From IMG/VR virus record IMGVR_UViG_3300010885_008506, positions 1 through 64,000 of that record: a stretch of DNA of 64,000 nucleotides; one strand, 5' to 3'. A program made the translations under genes and the position numbers. A model generated the notes under the pieces. The model saw nothing but the letters and a program-made list of their open reading frames with translations. It was not told the DNA's origin and made no database searches. How positions within the stretch are numbered: the first letter of the stretch is position 1; each line of letters opens with the position of its first letter. Source of the stretch: an uncultured virus (IMG/VR IMGVR_UViG_3300010885_008506) (Duplodnaviria > Heunggongvirae > Uroviricota > Caudoviricetes). This document shows, piece after piece, positions 1 to 10,700 of this stretch.

Positions 1-339
1 CTGACCTGTGTCTGACTTAAACCAAAAGTCGCCACTTGCATTTGTTGTGGGACGGGCTGTTGCAATAACAGTTGCACTGTGTGGCTTAAAGCCCGATCCG
101 TTATAAACATTTAATCTACCAGTAGAAGTATTATACCAAATTTGTCCAACTAGTGGATTTGATGGGGCTGTAGAATTAGCAAAGCTTTCTAGTATTCGTA
201 CCAAGTTCTGATTCAGTGTTGAACCATATCCTGGATAGTTCTTACCCACCAGTGTAATAGAAGTTTTAGTGGTATCTAGTGTACCATCCTGTAGTGTTAT
301 TAATGTTTGACCATTACTTTTGGTTATAATATATGACAT
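1..339 (-). CDS. Tail fibre/baseplate-attached protein, 3'-truncated by the window edge (paralogue of the two neighbouring genes)
   Basis: Not in the ORF track. Manual translation from ATG at 339 gives MSYIITKSNGQTLITLQDGTLDTTKTSITLVGKNYPGYGSTLNQNLVRILESFANSTAPSNPLVGQIWYNT..., open to position 1. It has the same N-terminal domain as 355..2619 and 2616..3953. Confidence 0.8.
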   Translation of the reverse strand, partial: MSYIITKSNGQTLITLQDGTLDTTKTSITLVGKNYPGYGSTLNQNLVRILESFANSTAPSNPLVGQIWYNTSTGRLNVYNGSGFKPHSATVIATARPTTNASGDFWFKSDTGQ

Positions 340-354
340 GTTTGTTCTCTTCTA

Positions 355-2619
355 TTACGCTATCTTCATTATGAAGTATAGGGTGTAGTATGGAGGCAAC
401 GTACTTACAGTATGGGTATGTACCCCATCGCTATTGATTGCGTGAGTATGTGGGTCTCCTGCTCCAACACTGCCAACCAATGGTGTTGATAGACCGTTAG
501 TTGATCTGTATGCGCCAACAGAAGCAGGGCCTGTTATCGACTTACCAGCAACTGCAAGACCTGGTGCATTGTTAAATCCGTATGACACGTTATCGGTGTC
601 AGTTCCTCCATCAACATATAATGTGTGTGCGTGTGATGGCAGTTCTCCCGCAGTTAGTACGTGCCCGCCTGTTAGGCCACCATGCGTGTGTGCACCGTTT
701 GACGCCGTTGTACTAGAGCTGCTGCCACCTTCATAGCGAACTTCGCCCGGTGTTGTTGCTGGATTGCTGTAGTCTGCGCTTGCGCCCATTACAAACTTAT
801 TAACTAAGTTTGGTGTGCCGCTGGTGCCGTCACAAATATGCCAATTGGCAGGAACCGCAGCAGCAGTACCGTACCACATGATTATTGATCCAACCGGAAG
901 TGTAGTTGACGCGGCACTAATGTCAACATTAACTGTGTTACCAACAGACGAAGTTACGTTAACGTCAGTGCCGGTAAAGTTAATAGTTGTCACACCCGAT
1001 GAAGTGCCTACACCTGAACCAGTGTCCTGTACTGTTACACCTGATATACCAGTTCCGTACGTTGTGATTGCACTTCTTACAAATGCGGTAGTTGCAATCT
1101 TAGTTGAGTTGTCACTTGTTGCCGGAGTAGTTGATATTGGAGCGCCAGTAAAGGTAGGACTTGCAATATCTGCCTTAACATCCACATAAGCTTTTGTTGC
1201 AGGATGTGAATTTGCACTTGGTGTTGGCACTGTAATTGTTGCGCCAGTGAAGTTATGCGTTCCGGTAAAAGTATTGCCAGACTTTAATGCATAGTCGCCT
1301 TCAATTACAGTTACACGGTTAGCTACTGTAGTTAGGTCGCTAACATTTGCCTTAGTAATCAGTGTACCTGTAATAACATCCTGTACAAACTTAGTATTAG
1401 CAATCTGTGCATCGCTTTGTGCAAGATTGCTAATATTTGGTACTGTAGGAATACCAGTTAGGTCAGTATTATCAAACTGACCTTTAACATATTCTGTGGT
1501 TGCAATACGTGTGCTATTTTCGCTAAACGACAGTACTCCGGTTGCAGTTGGTGCTCCTGTTAGTACTGTATTGTTAAACTGTGCCTTAACATATGCTGTG
1601 GTTGCAAACTTTGTAGTATTGTCTGAAGTTGATGCAGTTACACCAGTGACGGTGCTAGCAAATACTGCTGCTCCGTCAACTTGTAATGTACCTGTGCCTG
1701 CAACATGCAATGTTGCTGCAGGGGAGGCAGTATTAATACCAACTTCTTGTCCTGTTGTTACAGTGAATGTACTTTGTAATCCAGTACCATTGGTAGTCTG
1801 TAGATAGATGTTCCCGCCATTAACTGTGTTGCTTATGCGGAAGTTATTGCTTTGTGGGTATAGTTGAATCTGAGATGCTGACCCAACACTTAGGCCAGTG
1901 TTAGCATTCAATGTTCCGGCAATAACTCCATTTGCATTGTTACGAATAATGTTATTAGCCGATAAAGTACTTGTACCGTCTTTGAGTGTTTCTGCAACAG
2001 TTGCAAGTCCACGAATCTTAAAGTCCCAGGTAGTATCGTCGCCAATGTTTAGTCCTGGTGCTAGTGTTGGTAAAGGAACGCTCTTGAATCCAATTTGCGC
2101 ACTTGCAGGTACAAATGTTTCGTCTGTAATGATTGCCACGTTCTTGTTATTAACCAATACACGCAGTACAGTGTGCGAGCCGCCCGCAGTGTCGATGATT
2201 GTATCAGCTAGTACTTGTGTTTCTGCTATACCTGATGGGCCAACTAAACGGAAAGAACCGCCGCTATAAACATACAACTTTCTGTCGTTGGTATCAAACC
2301 ATAATTGATTTTCTACTGGACTAGTTGGTTGAGAGTTTTGAAATACGCCGGTAACTAAACTGTTAAATTGCGAACCTGAATAAACTTTGAGACTCTTACC
2401 TGCCTTATCGTACCATAGCTGACCGGTTAAAGGACCAGTAGGTGCAGTAACTGCTGCAAAGTTTTCTGCTAGGTGAACAATGTTTTCATTCAGTGCTTCA
2501 CCAAATGCAACATAGTTTTTACCTATTAGAGTTAAACCTGCTTGTTCTACTGCAGTGCCTTGTGGTACGGTTAAAAATACCGAACCATCGCTTTTATTAA
2601 TTTCGTAATTAACGGTCAT
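355..2619 (-). CDS. Tail fibre protein with C-terminal tail-collar domain
   Basis: Shared N-terminal LxGKNY...ENFA...GQLWYD domain; four DNxTKIATTAxV-type fibre repeats; collar-like LPVGSIIMWYG...WHICDG...TPNL; HxH motifs (GAHTH, SHAH, PHTH, VHTH) near the tip. Confidence 0.85.
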   Translation of the reverse strand: MTVNYEINKSDGSVFLTVPQGTAVEQAGLTLIGKNYVAFGEALNENIVHLAENFAAVTAPTGPLTGQLWYDKAGKSLKVYSGSQFNSLVTGVFQNSQPTSPVENQLWFDTNDRKLYVYSGGSFRLVGPSGIAETQVLADTIIDTAGGSHTVLRVLVNNKNVAIITDETFVPASAQIGFKSVPLPTLAPGLNIGDDTTWDFKIRGLATVAETLKDGTSTLSANNIIRNNANGVIAGTLNANTGLSVGSASQIQLYPQSNNFRISNTVNGGNIYLQTTNGTGLQSTFTVTTGQEVGINTASPAATLHVAGTGTLQVDGAAVFASTVTGVTASTSDNTTKFATTAYVKAQFNNTVLTGAPTATGVLSFSENSTRIATTEYVKGQFDNTDLTGIPTVPNISNLAQSDAQIANTKFVQDVITGTLITKANVSDLTTVANRVTVIEGDYALKSGNTFTGTHNFTGATITVPTPSANSHPATKAYVDVKADIASPTFTGAPISTTPATSDNSTKIATTAFVRSAITTYGTGISGVTVQDTGSGVGTSSGVTTINFTGTDVNVTSSVGNTVNVDISAASTTLPVGSIIMWYGTAAAVPANWHICDGTSGTPNLVNKFVMGASADYSNPATTPGEVRYEGGSSSSTTASNGAHTHGGLTGGHVLTAGELPSHAHTLYVDGGTDTDNVSYGFNNAPGLAVAGKSITGPASVGAYRSTNGLSTPLVGSVGAGDPHTHAINSDGVHTHTVSTLPPYYTLYFIMKIA

Positions 2620-3953
2620 TGGTTATCCGCCTGTTCCGTGTAAACTAGCTTTTCGCCTGTTAGCTTTTCTAACAAACGAGCCATCTTAAGCATGTCTACG
2701 TTAATCTTTTTGCCGCCACGTTGACTGTAATACGACCAAGCCATTGGCTCACTTGGACCTTCTGGGATCAGACTAAAGTTGTGGGGCGATATCTGTGTGT
2801 CGTTTCCAGCAGAGTCCATAACAAACATTTCGCCACCGCTGACATAAAATAATGCAGCACCTGCTACGCCTGCGGAGGGGATAACACCGTCAAATATGAC
2901 CAAGCTGTTTTCTGCACCACTTGGGCTTGTTGTTCCGCCGATCAATATGTTACCGTTTGTTGGTCTAAGAACAATTGCGCCAGTTGATCTAGTATTAGCT
3001 ACTATAATGTCAGTGCCTGATATGCTAATGGTAGCAGATCCGATTGAACCTATAGTTAGACCCGAGTTACTCACTGATGTAAAGCCGGTATTAGTTCTAA
3101 CTACACCCGACACATCTAGTGCTGCTACGGGATCAGTCTTGTTAATGCCAACATAACCCGATGAACTGGTTAAGCCAACGCCTGCAACTGTTAGTACTTT
3201 ATTGGCTTGTCCCGAACTTGCTTTAGCTTCTAGGTATACAACGCCGCTATTCTCGGTATTTGCAAGTGTTACTGAACCAGTTGCTGTTTTAATTGCACCT
3301 TGTGCAGTATCACCAATTAAGAATCCGTTATTGTTTGTGAGATATAATTGTGCAGTGGATGGCATTGTCATGCCAATTACTACATCGCTAAATCCAGTCT
3401 CGCCATCTGCCGTATATGCATCCTCGCTGAATGCGGCAACGCGAGAATTACCAACATACATGCTGATAATTTCGTGTGATCCAGGCGAAGGTTGCGTATC
3501 TGCTGCAGTATCGTGTTCTAATCCGTTTTTACCTAAGCCTGGATCTGCTAGTGGGCCAATTAGTCTTGCGGATGCTGTTATGTCTGTCCCTTGACTCTTG
3601 ACATACAATTGTCCAGTTGAGGAATTAAGCCAAAAGTCACCCTGCTTCCAGTATGCTGTAGGTTCTGTAGTAGAAACGTATGGGCCGCCAACTTCTTTGA
3701 AGCGAGAGCCATCATAAACTTTAAGTTTAGCAACTGTGGACGTCTTGTCGTACCAAAGCTGTCCTGTTATGGGCTTTGTTGGGGAGCTAGTATTCGCAAA
3801 GTTTTCTAGCAGCTTTACAAAATTCTGATTCTGAGCTAATCCAAAACTGAAATAGTTTTTACCTATCAGCGTTAGGTCAGTTGTATTATCCGCGGTACTA
3901 TCTGCTACTGAAACTAGCGTAGTACCGTCGGTTTTTGTAATTAAATAGGCCAT
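2616..3953 (-). CDS. Tail fibre/baseplate-attached protein (paralogue)
   Basis: Same N-terminal domain (LTLIGKNY...NQNFVKLLENFA...GQLWYD). Start moved to ATG 3953 (MAYLITK), which follows an AAGGA Shine-Dalgarno and aligns with the paralogues. Confidence 0.8.
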   Translation of the reverse strand: MAYLITKTDGTTLVSVADSTADNTTDLTLIGKNYFSFGLAQNQNFVKLLENFANTSSPTKPITGQLWYDKTSTVAKLKVYDGSRFKEVGGPYVSTTEPTAYWKQGDFWLNSSTGQLYVKSQGTDITASARLIGPLADPGLGKNGLEHDTAADTQPSPGSHEIISMYVGNSRVAAFSEDAYTADGETGFSDVVIGMTMPSTAQLYLTNNNGFLIGDTAQGAIKTATGSVTLANTENSGVVYLEAKASSGQANKVLTVAGVGLTSSSGYVGINKTDPVAALDVSGVVRTNTGFTSVSNSGLTIGSIGSATISISGTDIIVANTRSTGAIVLRPTNGNILIGGTTSPSGAENSLVIFDGVIPSAGVAGAALFYVSGGEMFVMDSAGNDTQISPHNFSLIPEGPSEPMAWSYYSQRGGKKINVDMLKMARLLEKLTGEKLVYTEQADNQ

Positions 3954-3975
3954 TACGTTAAATTCCTTATCCAAC

Positions 3976-3983
3976 TATTTATT
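3976..3983 (-). promoter_or_regulatory. Candidate T4-type late promoter (AATAAATA)
   Basis: One mismatch to TATAAATA, ~23 nt upstream of the 3953 start; a gp55-like sigma factor is encoded in the window. Confidence 0.45.
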
Positions 3984-4021
3984 GCAGTTGGACCAAAAGC
4001 CCTAACGCAATCTACAGCCAG

Positions 4022-4609
4022 TTATACAGTCTCTGTAAATGTTGTGAAGCTTTGAATTCGTAGGGTGTAATCCACCTGAATAATACGATTCAAACTCTTC
4101 TGAACGGGGTGGAATACAACATGGGTAATCAAACGCTTGTTTGTGCCCGTGTTATCGTCCCAACACTTTAGTCCCAATTCGTCAAACACATAGTCACTAG
4201 TACTGGTTGCGTTGTCAAATGCTTCTTGCCCAAGAGGCTCGCCGTAGTCTAGTGTGCAAGTAACTACGATATCAGTATACTTCTTGCCTACAGTGTGGCG
4301 AACTTCCAAACGATTACGTGCAGGATCAGTATTGAGCCCGTTGTTGTCGTTTACAGTCTTGTAATAAGTTTCATTATGCAGTCCTGCACTTTGATTCAGC
4401 GTGTTTGGGGCTAGGTATGTGATAATTCCCGTGCTGTCGATGGTTGTCCCACCGTTGCCAAACGCCATTTCTTGAATGAACCCATGTCCGCGATCTGCTA
4501 GTGCATTAGCCATAGCAATTGAAATGTTTTCATAATGGATAGCGTTGTCCTTATCCACTAGTATAATGCCAGTCTCTGGCTCCCAAATCTTAATATGTCC
4601 CTGAATCAT
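4022..4609 (-). CDS. Virion/baseplate structural protein (tail-fibre attachment type)
   Basis: 195-aa ORF in the baseplate cluster; MAFGNGG...FDELGL...LITHVVFHPVQKS...VDYTLRIQ resembles baseplate fibre-anchor domains (inference). Confidence 0.6.
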   Translation of the reverse strand: MIQGHIKIWEPETGIILVDKDNAIHYENISIAMANALADRGHGFIQEMAFGNGGTTIDSTGIITYLAPNTLNQSAGLHNETYYKTVNDNNGLNTDPARNRLEVRHTVGKKYTDIVVTCTLDYGEPLGQEAFDNATSTSDYVFDELGLKCWDDNTGTNKRLITHVVFHPVQKSLNRIIQVDYTLRIQSFTTFTETV

Positions 4610-4610
4610 G

Positions 4611-4748
4611 TTATTCTGACCTCTGTTCTACTAAAACTTCACCAGTTTCTGCATCGATTATCTTAAGTTTGCCCGAAAATAGCAGTCCTGCTGCATCATT
4701 TGGTGCTTGCTTATCCTCGCTTGCGGGTAGGTTAGTATCGTTATTCAT
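4611..4748 (-). CDS. 45-aa small protein below the ORF-track cutoff
   Basis: MNNDTNLPASEDKQAPNDAAGLLFSGKLKIIDAETGEVLVEQRSE*; fills the gap exactly, follows an ATAAATA motif, and its C-terminus resembles the N-terminus of the next gene. Confidence 0.65.
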   Translation of the reverse strand: MNNDTNLPASEDKQAPNDAAGLLFSGKLKIIDAETGEVLVEQRSE

Positions 4749-4756
4749 ACGTGTAT

Positions 4757-7700
4757 TTATGATATGTCAAATACCGTAGTTTTTTCTCTAATAAAGATAG
4801 CCCATTGAGTATCAGTATCAGCCATGCTAGACGTTGGGTCTGTTACATCATACCAGTTATAAGCTTGCTTGATTGCAAGTACAACTCGTAGCCCACTCTT
4901 AGGTGCTTCGTTAAACGTAACCTGATAGTACGATCCTGCGCTTTGATCCACTGTATAGCCTGATGTCATCTTTTTACCAGCTACGTATACTAGCACCGAG
5001 TCCGTATCATGTTCGGAAGTAGTCAGTAGTAATGGCAGCGCAAAAGACACAGTGGCTCCGTTTGCAGAGTATGTTTCGCTATTCATGTACTCGGATGCGG
5101 GTAACTGATTTCTGTAGCTCATGTCCACTGCAAGTGTACCTACGCGATGATTTCCTGCGCCGGTGCCTTTCGTTGCTCTTCTCAAACGACTAATGTAGTC
5201 TGACCCTTTCTCCCAGTATTCAATTCGTTCCTTGCCAATCATTACTACGCCCGGACGATTGATTAGCGGGGACGGTGCAACAAGTGCAGAAGCATTAGTT
5301 AGATAAATTCTGTCACTGGCTGTAGTAACTGCTTGAGAAACTGTTGTTGAGTTTTCCAATGGTAATCTGTATGCACTCAGGCTGCCCATCATATCTTTGA
5401 ATACCCTAAAGCCTATTGTTGAGCTAGTAGTTGATGTTCCTGCAAAGTAGTGAACAACAATTACGTCATTGTCGTCAATGCCGCCTGCAATATTCACTAT
5501 TCTATTGGATTCGGCTTGTAAGTACCATCCTACGACAGGAGCAATGTATACTCCGTTCTTGTATACTTGTACACGGTTAACTGCAATAATATCATCGCTC
5601 AGAACAATCTGTCCGCGAGAATAGAAGTTTGCAAGTTGTTGCTGTGTTGGACTTAATCCAATTCCGTATATGCCATATCCTTGATACTGAATGTGCAGTG
5701 TATTATCAATGCCAAACACTTCTGTTCTGATACCGGTTAGCGCAGTGTCGTTATACGTTGTAACTAGTATTTTAGTATTAGTAGAACCGTCGTCTACCAT
5801 TGATGTCAGTGTTAAGGTGCTACCTTGTACATAGTAATCGCCGCTTGGTAATACTGTTATAGTAACTACATCGTTTAGTGCGGGTGTAGCCGTCAACGTA
5901 ACAACGCCTGAACTGTAACTGCTAATAGATACTATTTGGCCGTTAACTGTTGCTTGAATATCGCCCGCTACTAGTCCCGCAATATTAAAGTTTGGGCATA
6001 CTGGTATGTTAAATTGAGCAGTTGCTCCGGTGCCTAGTGCGTATGCTGTTGCAGGCGGGGTTAAACGTAAGCCTGCTTCTGCACCTTCTGCAACAGCATA
6101 TGCAATTGTACTAGTGCTCAATGGGGCTGGCGCGCCAGATGGATTTGTTATTGTATAATTCAATGATCCATTAATAAAAATTGATTCTACAAAACTTTCT
6201 GTGTAGTTTTTGAGATCAACCGGTACACCTGCTACTGTGAGGTATGAAACAATTCTAATTACTGCCCCAATTGCAGGAGCAGGACTAATAGTTACTAATA
6301 CATCATTTTCATAAGGAGCTGAATCGCTTGCAAAGGTATGTGCGGTCTTTATTCCATCAACTACAACAATACATTGACGCAATGGATTATCAAGTCCTAC
6401 TCCGGTTACTCGAAACACTTCGCTAGATCCGTTACCTACAAAGTTTTGAACTTGTTCTACGCTTGGCCCATTATCGTTTGTTACTACAGCAGTGATAATG
6501 CTGTTTGCTGCAGGTGCCGTATTAAATTGTAACTCTGCATTTATTTGTCCCAATATGTTAGAGTAATCAATAATATATGCAACACCTGGATCCTGTACCA
6601 GTCCGTTAACAAATACTGTTATATTATCGACACTACTTGGTACTGGGTTGAGCGCAAAATACGTAGTTGTTCCGTTTCCTGATATTGTTTGGATACTAAT
6701 ATTCTGATTTTGTGACTCAGCTGTGAATACCTTAACATCCAATGCGTCAAACACTTGCCCCGACACTAGTTCTTCTGTGCTTGGTGTCGTATCTGGTCCA
6801 ATGAAGCTGCCGCCCGAATTAGAAACTTCAGCAGATGGGTCGTAACCGCTAGACGACGCAAATCGTCCACCAGATTGATATGTGTCATACCCGCCTAATT
6901 CTACTAAGTTGCCGTACGGGTCTAGTTCCCAATTGTCAAAATCAACAGAATCAAATCCACGCGCCTGACTTGCAAAGCCTGGTCCAGTTGAGAATTTAGG
7001 ACTTACAATCTTAGTCTGATCGTAATCTGCTCCTAACAACAATGGCAGTAACGGAGGATTCAATATCAACGATATAGTTGTATTGTTACTTGGTGCTGTT
7101 GCAAAGTTTATGGTCATCTCGCTTGGATACACCGTGTAATCGCTTGGCTCTACTAGAATATCGCCCAATGCAACCTGCATTAATTCTTCGTACATGAAGT
7201 CTTGTGGCAGGTCAAATGTAGTGGTTACGCCGTCGCCAATATGTGTTTGAATAATTCTTTCTGGTATGCCGGCTTGTCCAGGTTGCGGATCGTAGAATGC
7301 TGCAATTCTATCGGCTGCATGCCAATCGTCAAATCCTGGATTATCCTGTGCAGGATCGCGTGTTTCCGGATAAAGAATATCTGCTGTTCCCTTAACACGG
7401 TCAAATCTCATTCCAGTTTTAAACATTCTAACTGGAGTCTTACCTAGTACTGCATATGCTCTTGCGCCCGATCCATGTCCGGGCAAGCTAACGATTTCTA
7501 CTGTTGGGGGAGTCAGATATCCCTCGCCTTCGTCTACTACTATGATTTGACGAATTGCATCAAGATTTACTACACCTGGGCCGCCTGCTACGTTTGCAAG
7601 CACATCACCTGGCAAGTCTGTAGTATCAATTGAACTGTCCTTAATTGCTTGCTGATCCAACCATAGCTTTCTAGCAGAGAAATAATTATCCGCACCTAAT

Positions 7701-10700
7701 GTTTCAAACGATTGTGCAAATCCTAAATTTACTGCGTAAGCACTAGCAAGTCTGACGTTTCCTTCTAGTACAGTTTTACCGCCTGTTAACTTAATTGTTG
7801 GCGCAATGTCGTATCCAGTACCACCGTCAGCTACTACGATTGCAACTACGCTGTATCCTCGGTTATCTCTGTAACTGCGCCATGGCCATTCATTTTCAAA
7901 TCTGCTTGCTTGCTCCGGGTCGTCAACTACACTTGTTTCATAGTGGTTGTCAACTATATGAGGAGGGCAGTCAAAGTCTGTTGTCAGACTACCAAACACG
8001 TCCTTGCCCGAGTATACAGAAGTGTATTCTCGTATCTTAGTATGATAAGGTTTGACTTCTGTAATATACTTTTCTAAGCTGTCGTCTATGTCTAGCGCGT
8101 ACACAGGACGTTCTGCAAGTTCAGCAACAAAGTGTTTGACTTTAATGAAGCTACTCTTGAATGCCCAGTCTAGCTGACGCTGTTCAACTAATGCATGACG
8201 GACCATACGGAAAAACCAGCTGTTCCACAAATACTTGTATTCATTTACAAATACGTTGTCACGCATTGCTGTCAGAATGTTTCTAAGTTCAATGGTAGGC
8301 TCAGAGTCAAATACTGCACTGTCAAACGAACTTGTATCAAATGACATTGATGTATTGAAATCTGCTGCAGTGATGTCTAGCTTAATAGTGCCGTTTTCCA
8401 GTGCCATTATGGTGGTATCACCTGTTGAATCCTTACGCAGAACTCTCCAGTAGCCCGGACCCAATACTTTAACATTAGTATCTACATAATTGCTGTCCTG
8501 AAACTCTTGCTCAGTAGCAAGTGTTACTGCTGCGATTGATCCCTCGGGATAGTCTGTAGAATAATAATCAAGTCGCGACCAATAGCGTGTTGTATCGTAT
8601 TTCTGTACACGTGATAGCATTAAGTTTGTGCCGTCCCACATATAGATCGTCCACAAATTTTTACGTGTCTCGTCGCTTTCAACTAGCAACAAATATCCTG
8701 CAGGTTTTGCCAGCAAGTCGCTAACAATAATATCTGCGTATGTAGGAACAGATTCGTCCCAGTTTTGATACTCGGTAGTAAGTGTTGTTGAGCCATCGTC
8801 AAACGTTGTATCACCTGTGTCGATTGTTAAGTCTTGAACTTCCATGATCAATGGCTGTGGATCAGACTGATTCATTGTGCCTAGATCAACATCTTCAACA
8901 ATGATAGATGCTAGATATTCATTTAGATATTCTGCGCAAACTTCAATTGCCCCTACACGGTCGTTAAACATTGTCTGACGTGGACGAATCTTAACGCCCA
9001 GTCGCTTGTGCGCAGCTAGTTCAACATCTGGTACATTATTTCCTGCTAGGTCACGCCCCGTCAGGCTGTCGACCATCTTGTTAACAAGTGAAGTTGGCGG
9101 TGCAACGTTATCGCCTTCGCTTAACAATGTCCATTCTACGTGACGTGGGCTATTTTGCTCAACTCGCAGAACTTCAATTTGTAGAATTTGTTCGCCGTCT
9201 ACTAAATTATCACGCAAGTTTTGAGTAACAACTCCGGCACTGCCCGCAGCAGCTACCCATTGGTATGGGCCATTAGTTAATGCTGTTGCGATGCTTGCTA
9301 CACTCAGTGTTTTCTTACTTGACTGCGAGATAGACTGCTTGCCCGCAACCCAGAAGTAGTATCGGAACACCGTAGCGCCGTTGCTGTCTGTTGTAACTTT
9401 GGTATTATACGGCTGCAGTCCGCCCAGTGGAGGTGTACCCATTGACGGAGTCATACCATTGACATTGTACGCTGACGGCACTGTGGTGCTTTCAATCCAT
9501 TCACATACAGTAATAGTACTGCCTGGGAATAATTGACCCCAGTTCTTTATCTTGTACGATAAGTCGCCTTGTTCATACCATAACCATACTGCAGTTGAAT
9601 TATCCCACCATGTAGTTCCAACTTTTTCTTCTGCCCAGAAAGTATTTCCGGGCGAATTCTCTTGATAGATAGATGGGTCAATTGATAATGTATAATCAAC
9701 ATTGATCATAGCTTCACTGTCGTGTAGATCCTTTAGCGGATCCCATAAAGATAAGAACTCAATAACCTGATCTTGTACTGGATCGTAGCTGAGTGCGCGA
9801 TTAATTAGTTTAGTATCAACCACTTGCTCTTGTTGTGTTTCTGCAGCCCATCCGTCTTGCGTATTATCGTATTCGTATATCTTGCCGCGAACTGACCAAG
9901 GACTTGCAATGATAACTGTATCGTTTACTTCCGATAGTGCTGAACCAAATCCTGTAGTAGAATCATCTACTGCACTAATAGGATTGAATACAGATCCTTC
10001 CCACACATACTGTGTACTATATAAACTCGAACCCGGTGCTGCGCCGTAACGACTGTGCAATCCAAAGCTTTCTACTGCACCGTATCCAATGATTACATCT
10101 GTAAATGTAGTGTCGTTGGCATCAAAAGTTGTTGTACTGCTATCCAGTATTAACTTCCATACATATGGTGCAGTTGGGTTGCCTACTAGTAGCTTGCCGC
10201 TGGTTGTAAACTTAACAGTTTTACCAAACAAGTTTAATCCGTTAGTGTTTGGTCCAGTTAGTACCTGTGTTAACGACGCAGTTCCTGATGTTGCACTAAA
10301 GTCGTAGATTCTAACAATACCGTCAGACACTAGTGTATCAAATGTAGTGTCGCCTGTATCAATGATTGTGCCAAACGTATCGTAAGTAGTGAATCTTGAT
10401 CCCACTGCCACACGTACATTTTCACCAACTGTAGTAATGTCAATTGGGTGCTGCGACTTAATGGGGATACTTGTAGTCCCTGTTACGATCGCATTTATGT
10501 CTTGTGTTAGAATACCGTTCTCGTCAATAGTATACACATAAATGTGGCCATTACCTGCAGTATCTAGTATTGCTACCTTGTTAGAGTCTGCGGCCATTAC
10601 AATACCAGTACCTGTTGCTGTTTGTGTAACAGGCGCTAGTTGTATGCTGTATGTATCAGTTGCTGCAGCAGAGCCTGTGTATGCAGTGTGTGTGCCCAAA

